In this document: positions 52,421 to 64,000 of the stretch, in pieces
Position numbering within the stretch: the stretch's first letter is position 1
How the letters are laid out: each line of letters opens with the position of its first letter
Notes under the pieces: generated by a model
Databases searched by the model: none
The model's input: the letters and a program-made list of their open reading frames with translations, nothing else
Told to the model about the DNA's origin: nothing
Source of the DNA: Eledone cirrhosa
Taxonomy: Eukaryota
DNA: 64,000 nt
Reading direction: 5' to 3'
Assembly (NCBI GenBank): GCA_964016885.1
Contig: OZ024743.1
Span: 341,806,001 to 341,870,000, forward strand
Made by a program: the position numbers and the translations under genes

Positions 52421-55116
52421 GTAAAATACCTGAATGAATATATATCGACTAAAGTCCTGCATATTTGTTTACCTTCTAATTTTTAAATAATAATTTAGCA
52501 TATTGAAAACATTATTGATTATGAAAAGAATGTGTTGTGTATTAGAAGTTATCAATGCAAAGTTTTGAATATGTAAGAGGACTTTGGTAACCCAGTATTA
52601 TTTCAACGTTTAAAATAATGTACATATTCGATAGCACTGAATATTTGCTGCACAAGTAACAACATCTAATGTGAAAATCAAATTAAAATTGTTTTCATAA
52701 AGATAATCAATTATACCTTTCGTGCTGCGATATCCACATCCACAATGTAAGAGAATTAAGTATTAAATATGCAGACAATTAATTCATAGTTTATCACATT
52801 AAATTGATTATATAATATGTAATTGCTTTCTATTTGCCTTCGAGCAAATAATATATTTTGTACATTTTAATGCGTGTTAATTCAACGTAAACAATCTGAA
52901 TAGTTTGTGAGTTAAAATTTGGAAAGATTCAGTCTCAAAACTTTATGGCCAAAATCTAAGTGTTATATTCCTCATTTATGTCAATAATGTGTTTTTTATT
53001 TATTATCCACGAAACTCTTAAACAAACTAAATGTATAGATCAGTTATTGTAAAACAAACCATTCGATATGCGTTTGAAAAGGAGAGGAGAATGAAATGTT
53101 GGTCTATTATGTGTTCGATGAGCGAATATGATGGTAAACTGTTAATAACATTGCAACATTGCACGTTTTGTTGTAGCTTTGTATAAATTCTATGTTGTAC
53201 TTTGAGGATGATTTAATTGATATTTCTAGCAGGCCGTGTGACCACATACGAGCTGCATCATTATTTAGTTTGTAATGCATATTTATTTCTGGTATAATTG
53301 TTTTACCCTTTAGCATTTGGGAAAATATTGCTAACGTATGTCTATGTCGATGTGGTCATTATGATATAACAATATTACTGCTACAATAACAATATATACT
53401 GCTACAATGACTATATCTTTCAAATGTATATTTCTACGAATACGATCATGTTTAACTTATCAATTTAGTATAAGATATTAATAGCATACATAGTTATGCC
53501 CAAATTGTATCACTCATATTATGTTCGCTGTTTGTGACTAACCAGCTCCTCTTCTTGTAAATATAATTATCTGAAAATCGAACATAATATAATCGAATTA
53601 CACCCATCTATCAAATTGACGTTGATAGTAATTCCCCTTGGAATTTCTCGTTTTCAATCATGTTTACCAATTCTGATTTTCATTTTATAAATCACAGAAG
53701 CCAGTTATATTTTAGGTGTGGAATAATCCTATTTTTTCAACGTGTTATAAATCCCATTCGCCAAATGAAGATAAATTGGATAATATATTCCTGGATATAC
53801 GAAACATATAGGATTGTCACAACTTGAATGGTTTTAATTATAGGTTAGCTTTACCAGAGTTGGCTTGTTGTTAAACAACGGTAATAACTTAAATTCTACA
53901 GGTCCTGCTATAAGCAGTAGTCAAATCGTCATTGAATGACATCACACCATCTTAAAAAGGACAGGAAACATTAGACAATGCATGTTAGAGAGACACCTTA
54001 ATAAGATGAGCTGGTCAAGCATGGAATGCTTATGATATCAGCGAGAGAGAAGTCTATATGTAATCCTCCAACTGGCTAAAAATAACCAAATCTCTCTCAA
54101 ATCACAACCTATCGTTTGTCAATATACAATATTATTCATTGGCCTCAATGAATATAAAATAAATTTTACTTCGCATATATGTTTCCAGATGTAATGTTTA
54201 CCAGATATTTTATACATGAATAGAAATACATTGGTAGTGAACTCTTATATTCACTGGTATAATAAGGGACATTCTGGTTGATACCAATATATAAAGATCC
54301 TTCAGAAGCAAATTTTATCTGATCCTACTTGCTTTGTATTTTAATCGTTTGCTGAATTCATGCTGAACTACTATCTGCAAATAGTGTACATGGATTATAT
54401 CAATCACAGTATTTGCAGTGGTGTTTATTTTATCGATCATGAACGGAAGAAAGGAAAATTTTAGCTGTGCGGAGGGGCTAAAATAAAAGACACTAAATAC
54501 AAAAAGATATTTTTATTCGCCGCACACTGGTGGCTAAAATAAAATAAAAAATGTATACTTTCGGGGAAACCTCACACAGTTTCCGACAACCAAATTTTAC
54601 CGCCAATATAATTTGACTTATGGGAGAAAATAACCCATGGTATCGAACTCGAAACTTTAAATTTTAATGAAAGTATATTTACACATATTTCGATCGGGTT
54701 TTGTATTCCTGGTTATGAGTAATGTGAATTCGAATTACAAAAGCATATTTCCAAATTAAATTGTATACAGCTTTCAGTAATTATGCCATTTCTACATATT
54801 TAGCTTATCTGAATTAGGTTTTCATCAAAAGCAACATATCATTAAAAAGATCGTGCTATAGCTATGAATGGTTCTTTTTTCAGCCATATTTTTTTACTTC
54901 GATATTTGTCCTCTCACTAAAGCAGACACGTCAACGCCCCACGTCCGGCGGGGAGATTTCCTATACTCTTTCGAATGGGTGAGCGATTCCTTCTCTTTTG
55001 GAAATGGTTATAGCTTTAATTATGTAAAAGTTCCCCATTTTGCCTCATTTTTCCCAGTTTCGGGGGAACTGGTTTTCTTGGTACTTCCCGTTTGGGTTGG
55101 CAGGTTGGCAAGTCTG

Positions 55117-55266
55117 CTAAAGTGTTTTGATGCCACTCTTAATGGAGCTTAACACTACTGTGCGGTATGTCATAGATACAGTTCTTATGTTCTGGCCATT
55201 CCTGTATTCAAACGTAATAACACACTTGGCACATTTCCCATCAACGTCAAAGCCATCAGGCAATGA
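55117..55266 (-). CDS. Putative terminal coding exon (SLPDGFDVDGKCAKCVITFEYRNGQNIRTVSMTYRTVVLSSIKSGIKTL*)
   Basis: Acceptor aaatttcag, phase 0, 49 sense codons to TAG; non-repetitive sequence. Confidence 0.55.
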   Translation of the reverse strand, partial: SLPDGFDVDGKCAKCVITFEYRNGQNIRTVSMTYRTVVLSSIKSGIKTL

Positions 55267-55411
55267 CTGAAATTTTAACCAGTATACTTAGCTGTAGCAT
55301 CAGTATAAATGGTTATCTTCTTTGTACAGTTAATGTAAATAACCTAAAAAAACGTTATATTAAATGTACATGTGTCAGTGGACTAATGGATAAGAACATT
55401 ATGACACTTAC

Positions 55412-55456
55412 TTCAGGATCCGGTACATATAGCTTAGTGAATATGCAAAATGACAG
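55412..55456 (-). CDS. Putative internal coding exon (LSFCIFTKLYVPDPE)
   Basis: Consensus donor GAA|gtaagt, acceptor tatag; 45 nt, phase 0; 145-nt intron to the next exon. Confidence 0.55.
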
Positions 55457-55727
55457 CTATATATATGATTAAATCGATGGAATGATAAATGGATGTGTGC
55501 ACATGGGCGTGGAAGTGTTGTCTGCGCGCGTATTTAAGCGCATGTTTGCACGTCGATACATGCACATGCATGAATATGTATAAGAACTTAATTAAGCATA
55601 TGCAGGCATGCTATATATATATATATATATATATCCCCAAGTAAATATGCATTCCAGACATACAAACTGATAGATACACACATGCGAGCTTATCGATTTA
55701 TATTCACCACACGGCTACACTCACACA

Positions 55728-55780
<53 letters not shown>

Positions 55781-55799
55781 TACTGGGATGTATGTTCTT

Positions 55800-56119
55800 A
55801 GCACAAGGCCAGCAATTGTGTATTACTAGAGCATTATAAAATTTAACCTCGACAGGATTTGAACCTAGAACGTAAAGGACCATAACTCTATGGTGCAAAG
55901 CATGGTGACTGAGACTCTACCGATACTACTAATTCACCGCCCTATATGTAAATAATTGTTTCTACTTTTGGCACAAGGCCAGCAATTACCCAGTGCATTA
56001 CTGCTACTTTATTTTATCGACCCCGTCAGGATCAAAGACAAAGTCAACCTCGGCGGGATTTGAAGTCAGATCGTAAAGGGACGTCCGACCCTCTACCAAT
56101 ACTGCCAATCCACCGCCCT
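55800..56119 (-). mobile_element. Tandem pair of tRNA-derived SINEs
   Basis: Two reverse-complement copies, each adjacent to ccgccctatatgtaaataat. Confidence 0.8.
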
Positions 56120-56225
56120 ATATGTAAATAATGCCTAAGAAACACCACATATCAGTTCGTTTTCACTATCAACCCACCACGAGGTGCAGCTCTCTACATC
56201 CATACATGCTTGCCTACACACCCAC

Positions 56226-56266
<41 letters not shown>

Positions 56267-56804
56267 GATCAAGTTTAATACAGAGATGGTTTCTACATGA
56301 CTAGAACTGTTCTGCCGTTTCTATCTAACAAATTTCATCAAGTTGCCGCGCAATATTACAGAAGCTAATAGTAGAAGGTTACGAGTACAACGAACTCATT
56401 AACATTACAAGAATATATGTAAAACATTAATAAAGAAAGAAAAACCCTGATCCTGCTAACATTCACATTAAGATGAAATGAAATGAAAGATTTTATAGCG
56501 CTATTGATTTTGATATCAATCTGATTTATGTTAAAGTTAAAAACTTGTTGAAGAAGCCACGAAATTCGTTTTACTTAAAAGCTTCATATCTTCATTTTGA
56601 TATTTGATCTATTTATAGAGCCTCAAATGCAAATAAATCGAATGTCGCGAGAGTCACATTGCCTTACTTACAGTAGAAAGGAACTTCCAAGAATTTAGTT
56701 TTCTACGCTTTTACTCTTTTACTGATTTCAATCATTCCGATTACGGCATATCTATATTTCTGCAGCATCGTCTTCAAAGGTTTTATGTATATATATATAT
56801 ATAG

Positions 56805-57390
56805 GTATGTATGTACACGTACATACTTATATGTATACAGACGAACTGTATGTCTGTATACATATATGTATGTACGTATACATACATACTTACATTTAAG
56901 TAAGTGCAGTACTAAGAGGGAGAAATGAAATTTCGTTTCATTCTATTCTATTTATCGTTTTCGGTGCGCCCGGCCGACTGAACTCACTCGATATGCAAAT
57001 TAGGCTGCTCATCCGTCAATGTGCATAAGGAAAGTATATACTTTCAGACGTTCAACCATCTGGCAGGAAGGTATACGATGCTGAAGATAGCTAATAAGCT
57101 TGAAACTAGTCAATCATTCCTGTGTCAGTGTTAAACAAAATTGTGACGTGGTTGCCTAAACACTGTACGGCGTAATTCGGGCTGTTTGTTTGTTTACAAA
57201 CAAACCGAAAATTTTAATAAATGTTCGGTAAACCGATACGTGCATATATATATGTGTGCCTGTATGTATATACATACATACTACTGTACAGCTGTATACA
57301 TATATGTATGTACGTATACATACATACATACTTACATTTAAGTAAGTGCCGTACTAAGAGTGAGAAATGAAATTTCGTTTCATTCTATTC
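56805..57390 (+). mobile_element. Non-coding retrozyme-like element: ~440-bp unit with terminal direct repeat, short inverted 5' arm, hammerhead at 57077-57115
   Basis: 56854-56948 is repeated at 57292-57390; 56805-56840 is an inverted copy; gatg-CTGAAGA-tagctaataagctt-GAAA-ctag-TC-aatc. Confidence 0.68.
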
Positions 57391-57922
57391 CATATATATA
57401 TATATATATATATTAGCACGTGGCCTGAATTCCTTTCAGAGTTCATTGTCACGCGCATGCATTGTTTTTTTTTTTGGCGGTAATTCACTTCATCATTTTT
57501 TGAATCAGTTCGAGCACTTCTTTTAGAACTGCTGGACTGGCTACCTGACAGATACCTCAGGCACAGAAAGTGATTATCGCTAAATGGTGATGTTGGTTAG
57601 ATTATCAATATTAGTATTATTGGGGCACCCACTGATGAATTATAGGAGCCCACTTGAATATATATCTATTGATGGTATACACGCTCCTACATAAATTGGT
57701 ATAATTTAACCAAATTGTAGGAGTCCTATAATGAAACGAGACGTCCGTCTGGGAAGAGATATATTAGATATGTCTCATTTGAAATAATACAGCCAATTTC
57801 CCACGCAATACTTAGCACCCCGAACACATAATTGGGAATACAATCACTTATTTCCTAATGTTTGTTGAGTGAGTTGGAATTTGGCCGGAGTATCGCTAAA
57901 AAGCTTTCTCCGATATTGTATT

Positions 57923-58016
<94 letters not shown>

Positions 58017-58096
58017 TGTGATGGCTTAGTAAAATCTAAGCTTTGGCTGTGGGCAAGCAAAGACGACTACAATATGAATGAGTTAGCAAAGCACTC

Positions 58097-58202
<106 letters not shown>

Positions 58203-58270
58203 GTACATACATATATATATATATAGTGACGAAACATAAGTCAATTGCATGAACTCATAATCCTATATTT

Positions 58271-58326
58271 ACTGCTATATATATTTCAATGATAGCCATT
58301 GAATGGCTATGAGCTCATCAGGCAGT
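58271..58326 (-). ncRNA. Hammerhead ribozyme, canonical core, in a ~180-bp island between (TA)n tracts
   Basis: actgc-CTGATGA-gctc atagccat tca atggctat catt-GAAA-tatata-TA-gcagt. Confidence 0.78.
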
Positions 58327-58399
58327 TAGTTAGTTCTTAGATATGCCAGCTCTGTGTGTATAGTGTAGATGGTATCAGAGCCTTTGGACATATATATAT

Positions 58400-58472
<73 letters not shown>

Positions 58473-58483
58473 ATGGGTATATT

Positions 58484-58551
<68 letters not shown>

Positions 58552-58749
58552 CATATATATATATATATATTATATGTACATTATGATCGACGACATCGTT
58601 GTCTTTCTTCGCAGATTCAATCTGGAAATTCCATTCATTTACCACCATCTTACACATAAGTTATACAAATAAATTGCAATTCAGATATAAACCTGAAGCA
58701 TGTACACATGTATTGCATTTCATTCAAACACCCTTCTACTTGAAAATAA

Positions 58750-58925
58750 TGGTTTTTCATTTAGGCACAACGCCAACAATTTTAGGGGAAAATGCGTGAC
58801 TGGTACTTTATTTTATCGACCTCATAAGGATGAAAGTCAAATCTAATCTCGGCGGGATTTGAACTCGGAACTTAAAGAGGCGTAACTCTATGACGCAAAG
58901 CTGGGTGTATGCTAATACTGCTATG
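58750..58925 (-). mobile_element. tRNA-derived SINE
   Basis: Reverse complement of the SINE core and B-box. Confidence 0.78.
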
Positions 58926-60289
58926 CCAAATGGATTCAATCCTGAGCATAGATGTATTAGTTATTTGAGAGACTTAATGTCAGAATCGTCAGAAAGTTGG
59001 ATAAAGTGCCTTCTGGCTCTTCACATTCTGTGATTTGCTTTTCCTTCTTCTAGGGTCGATAAAATATATTGCAACTCAAATACTGGAGTGAATGAAATTG
59101 ACATATCCCGCCCTTTGAAACTGCTGGTTTTGTGCCTAAATTATAAAAAAATGATATGATTGTCTTTTCAAAACGTGAGGTTGCTATTTGAGAGAAATTC
59201 AGCTGATATTTCTAGAAGGTAGCTCTCATTTATTGAAAAAGTGTTTGTGTAAAAATATTTTCTATTCAATAATAATTATTCGTAAACAGAAAATAAGCCG
59301 ACGGTAGATAATGTTGATATAAAATCACTGGGCCTTAAAAAAAAAAGAAAAAACGATTTATCAATATGGCTGTGTGATTTAAAAGGTCACATCACAACCA
59401 CTCACTCATTTGTGCAAGGCGAGTCTAGTTTGTTATAATCTCAGATAAACCTAAGCCTTCTTGATGACATTCATTAGACGTATAGTAGGATACATTTGGA
59501 CATGGACGTACACGCACACGTACACATACGTATATCAGTGTATAGTTTACGAATATCTGTGTAAAAAGTATGTACAAAAAGCCTTGATCTATTTGTATTA
59601 TATATGCCTAATTTGCTTTGTCTTACGTTATCCTATCAAATCAATAAACATAAGTAACGGAAAAAGTGATGCAGACCAACGAATCGATTAAACTGCTTGC
59701 ACGTTGTATCGACACATGGTAGTTGTCCAAACTGCAATCCCAGTAAAAAGAACAAAATAATAATTATATATGTATATTTCTCTTGATCTAATTGCATACA
59801 TTTGTACCAATATAGATAAAAGCTGCTTTATTTTTTATTCAATTTAAATGGCTAACAACTAATTTATTACATTCACGATGGTGGATAGATAAACGAAAAA
59901 ACATGACAAGATTTATTTTACAATCATAGCTATTGCAGACACAAATGCACTGTTGTATTGATGTCTACTCCGTTATTTTTATTTTATTCTATTTTATTTA
60001 TTATTTTTTTATTTATTACTTTTAATATATTATTTTACATCTCTGATTTTAGCATTCACAACATCAATGCACAAATAATGGAAATATATATTTCATTAAC
60101 TGGAGAATAAATACACCCTCTGCTATCTAAATATTTGTTCATATCTCGGGTTATTATGGTTAGGTTACATTCAAATATTAAGAAGATTTATATCATTCAT
60201 ATAAAAATGGCAACACGTAGATGACTACATGTAATAATTTTCTTATTAATATAAGAAAAGATACGACTGTGTATCAAATACATTCGGTT

Positions 60290-60817
60290 AGCAATGGCAT
60301 GCTGCTAGGGTCGATGACATTATGCAGCAACTTAAACTATTATTTACTAGCATAACGATCTGAGTTCAAATCCCACCGGTTGACTTTGCCTTTCATCCTT
60401 ACGGGGTCGATAAAACAAAGTACCAGTAATGCACTGTGTAATTGCTGGCCTTATGCCTAACATAGAAACAATTATTTACTAGCATAACTTCAGTTTTATT
60501 AGTATGAGTGAAATTGTTCCGACTCTATAATTTCTGAATTCAAATCCCGCCGAGGTTATCATTTCCTTTTATCCCTCTGGAATCAATAAAATATAGTACC
60601 AGTCATGAACTGAGGTCGATGTAATCGACTTGTTCTTCACTTTTTCAAATTGATAGATTTGTGTCTCCAATAGAAGATATTATTATAAGAAAAATATAAG
60701 TTCAAATCCCGCCGAGGTTAACTTTGCCTTTCATCCTTACGGGGTCGATAAAATAAAGTACCAGTAATACACTGCTGGGTAATTGCTGGCCTTGTGCCTA
60801 ACGTAGAAACAATTATT
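60290..60817 (+). mobile_element. Cluster of three SINE copies
   Basis: B-box GTTCAAATCCC and core near 60362, 60538 and 60700. Confidence 0.8.
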
Positions 60818-61546
60818 ATAAGAACAATTGGGAAATCGATAATTGCTTCGAAGCACAAAGGCCTGTGTAATTTCGTATATAGACATAAGTCTTCGCTGAG
60901 TTTAATATTGACAATTGACCATTCTCTGGTGTTAGCAGGCTTCATTGTTTAAAAGCATTAGGGCCGCAAGGTATGACATGAATAAGTCTTTATCTTGACG
61001 TGCATGTTACCATTGTACCATTGTAGTGAATAATAGATCGCGGCATTTTCTATCTTTCGCCCCAGTAGTTTACAGAATCATGGTTTGCAGTTCTCTACTC
61101 TGCGTAGGACCTATGTATATATATATAAATAGAGAGAGCGAGAGAGAGACAAAGAGAGAGAGGGAGAAAAGAGAATGAAAAATAGAGAGAGTGGGACAGA
61201 GAGCTATTTGTAATAGCTTAGAAAATTGAGGAAAATAAATATATGGACGAAAAAACTGTTTAGCAGCCGCTATGGAAAATCGAATGCCCTTTCTCTCAAA
61301 TACTAGCAGAGTGCTCTGATCATTGACCGAAACATCCTCTGACAACAGATTCCTTCTGAGTTAGCTAATGATTAGGTCTTCTTGTTTAGTTCGTTGTAGG
61401 TGGAACGGACTGCCTTTTAATATTTATTGATATCGTTTCCTTTTTAAGGAGGAGCGTGTTACATTTGTCATTCTCAAGCTCGTATACAGTCTTGGATTTG
61501 TGCAAAAAAAAGGAGTGCTTTATGTTCTAAAACACACAGACGCACA

Positions 61547-61684
<138 letters not shown>

Positions 61685-61880
61685 GGGAGTGTAACATGAA
61701 GTTACTATAGGTTCACCCAGGTGAGCACTCGATGTTTAGGTTCACGTTAGTAGCGAGGTGTAGAGCTAAACAGAGTGTAATATAATTGTTTCTATTTTAG
61801 GCACAAGGCCAGCAATTACCCAGTGCATTACTGGTACTGTAATATAATAATACAAGGTCGGTTGTTAAGCCTTCATTACG

Positions 61881-61916
<36 letters not shown>

Positions 61917-61919
<3 letters not shown>

Positions 61920-62550
61920 ACCACCCATCCACCATCTAAGTGAGTCTCTTGGTCAGTGTCCAAGTCTCAGACCCACGCAGCAGCACAAACTCCACTGTGG
62001 CGACGAAGAGACGGATATTCAGGTCTTTTCGAAGGTCCGACTTCCACACCAACCTCACACGCCGCCCAGGCTTTGCTTTTCCTCTCCATCTCATCATCCT
62101 CTGTGTTCCGAATCTTTGCTCCCAGATATAGGAAGCCTTCAACCAACTCTAACGTTTTCCCTCCTACATTTGTAAGCTTCTCTGGCTTTTTAATGTTCTC
62201 TTCGTCTTACTCTCATGCATTCTCAACCCAGCACTCATCGACACAGTCTCCACCTCCTGCATTAACTCCTCTGCCTCCTTCACTATGTTAGTCACTAGGG
62301 TGTCTCTGAATATTAATGAGTATACACTGAGGATGAAGAACTCAGTACTCCAAAAAGTCTGCTCGAAAGTAACACAGAGAATATTGAGTTTAGCTGGACA
62401 TGTTCACCGACATTCAGAGTTGACACTGCACTCAGTGCTCCTGTCGGAGCCTCTACACGGACATACTAGAAAAGAGAGATCGAGGATGATATCTATATAT
62501 TGATTCCCTTAGAACAGACTCTGCGGCGATGATGAATGACAGAGACCGTA
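61917..62550 (+). mobile_element. RTE-like LINE 3' end (62296-62550 +) with an inverted upstream segment (61917-62292 -)
   Basis: The minus piece ends ..ETWTLTKRLT*MVDGWYT; the plus piece resumes RVSLNINE..QRILSLAGHVHRHSE; same family as 38095-40150. Confidence 0.8.
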
Positions 62551-62782
62551 ATTTTTTTCCATTCTTTTGCGTTTCTTCCTTTAATTCTGCCCTATCTATC
62601 GATTTCTTCTTTAACTTTTCATTCTATCTTCTAATGAAGGACTAGCACGCAAAATGTTAAGATTATTTTCCTACTGTATCATGCGTTAAACTAATATATA
62701 TATATTCAGTGTGCTATTGGTGATTTCCTTTTATTTTTGCATACACTTACATACGCATTCTCACACACACACATACACACAC

Positions 62783-62818
<36 letters not shown>

Positions 62819-62909
62819 AAATATCTATGATCGTCGGCAAATCACTGATGAGGGACTCATTTTATTACATGTTATCCATGCGCTACCTGCAGTATTTTTC
62901 TCCATATTT

Positions 62910-62978
<69 letters not shown>

Positions 62979-62985
<7 letters not shown>

Positions 62986-63685
62986 GACGTAAAATAAGAA
63001 AATTTTAAAATTTTAAATTTTAAAATTTTCTTATTTTACGTCTTTCATATAATTGTTCTGCATCCCCTTGCATAGAACCACAAAGTTACTAAGACATAAC
63101 ATATATATTTGCTAGCATAGGTATACATCTGTATATATATGTTGGTAGATATACTAATTCTTTATATTTATCTCCAAATTATTTGTTGAGCAAAACCTGC
63201 CGAAATTACTGCTATGGTTCATGGTAGTAGTTAGGCTCTTGTCTTATTACCACCCACTGATTAACCTCAGTGTCACGTGATTGATTCTTTAGAATTTGCC
63301 ACTGAGCTAGTAGGCAGTGAATTTTTTCAATGTCCAGGAATTTACTCCCCGCTCGCTATTTTCCATCCACTGAATTATTTTTATATGAGTTCCTTGTGTC
63401 CACGCATTGCCTGGGAACTTAGCTGAGAATAGACTCCCGGAAGACGTAAGGATTTCTCTATGGTTGCGTTGCATAACCATATTTATTCCCTTACAGAAAC
63501 TAATTAGTTGGAGTGAAAATTTTAGTAAGTTAATTTTAAAAATTTTCTTATTTTACGTCTTTCATATAATTGTTCTGCATCCCCTTGCATAGAACCACAA
63601 AGTTACTAAGACATAACATATATATTTGCTAGCATAGGTATACATCTGTATACATATGTTGGTAGATATACTAATTCTTTATATA
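62979..63685 (+). mobile_element. Non-coding retrozyme-like element: 517-bp unit, terminal direct repeat, inverted 5' arm, hammerhead at 63433-63514
   Basis: ttattttacg recurs at 63031/63548; palindrome 62979-63050; actcc-CGGAAGA-cgtaagg..tatggtt..aaccata..ccttaca-GAAA-ctaattag-TT-ggagt. Confidence 0.72.
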
Positions 63686-63830
63686 TATATATATATATAT
63701 GGAAAGTTATATTTAAATTGTTGGGTTAACAATGAGTAAATATTTATAACTGATATAAAAGCACTCAACAAGTATTTGGAGTATATTTATGATATTAAAT
63801 AAATGGAAACTATATTTATAAAACCATATT

Positions 63831-63896
63831 TATTTCATTATATATATTTCAGGGATATCATATTAACAATATGTTATGCCTTCATCAGACAAAATA
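63831..63896 (-). ncRNA. Hammerhead ribozyme; an inverted partner starts at 63983 and runs off the window
   Basis: tattttgt-CTGATGA-agg cataacatattgttaatatgatatc cct-GAAA-tatata-TA-atgaaata; arms 63879-63914 / 63965-64000. Confidence 0.75.
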
Positions 63897-64000
63897 CAAT
63901 ATAAACAGTCTTATAAATAAATAGATATGACATACCTTTCAATCGACTTGCATTTGGGAAGTTGATAAGACTGTTTATATTGTATTTTGTCTGATGAAGG

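Noticed and set aside
57625-57675. Weak hammerhead candidates (CTGATGA at ~57632 and ~62846; eroded cores near 42230-42260 and 48010-48050)
   Set aside because: They lack GAAA, NUH or stem I pairing, or need two or more core changes; not supportable by eye.

Overview
AT-rich, microsatellite-laden eukaryotic DNA; the repeat content looks like a coleoid cephalopod, probably Octopus (inference). Most ORF-track entries are (TA)n/(CA)n artefacts. The identifiable content is almost all mobile DNA: four Penelope-like elements (PLEs, RT plus GIY-YIG, three with inverted pseudo-LTRs), two CRE-clade and two Dong/R4-clade LINEs, RTE-like LINEs with 5' inversions, a Tc1/mariner relic and many tRNA-derived SINEs. 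Two pairs of short, phase-compatible exons suggest the 3' ends of two host genes (14.2-15.8 kb +, 55.1-55.5 kb -). The main unannotated signal is about 20 recognisable and several decayed type I hammerhead ribozyme (HHR) motifs. Many have long stem II insertions (up to 115 nt) or family-fixed position-4 core variants (CCGAUGA, CAGAAGA, CGGAAGA). Several lie in purely non-coding elements built as an inverted 5' arm plus 1.2-1.5 tandem units of 440-520 nt, flanked by (TA)n. These are candidate PLE-mobilised retrozyme-like elements that could produce circular RNAs. All motifs were read by eye; no folding program or database search was run.
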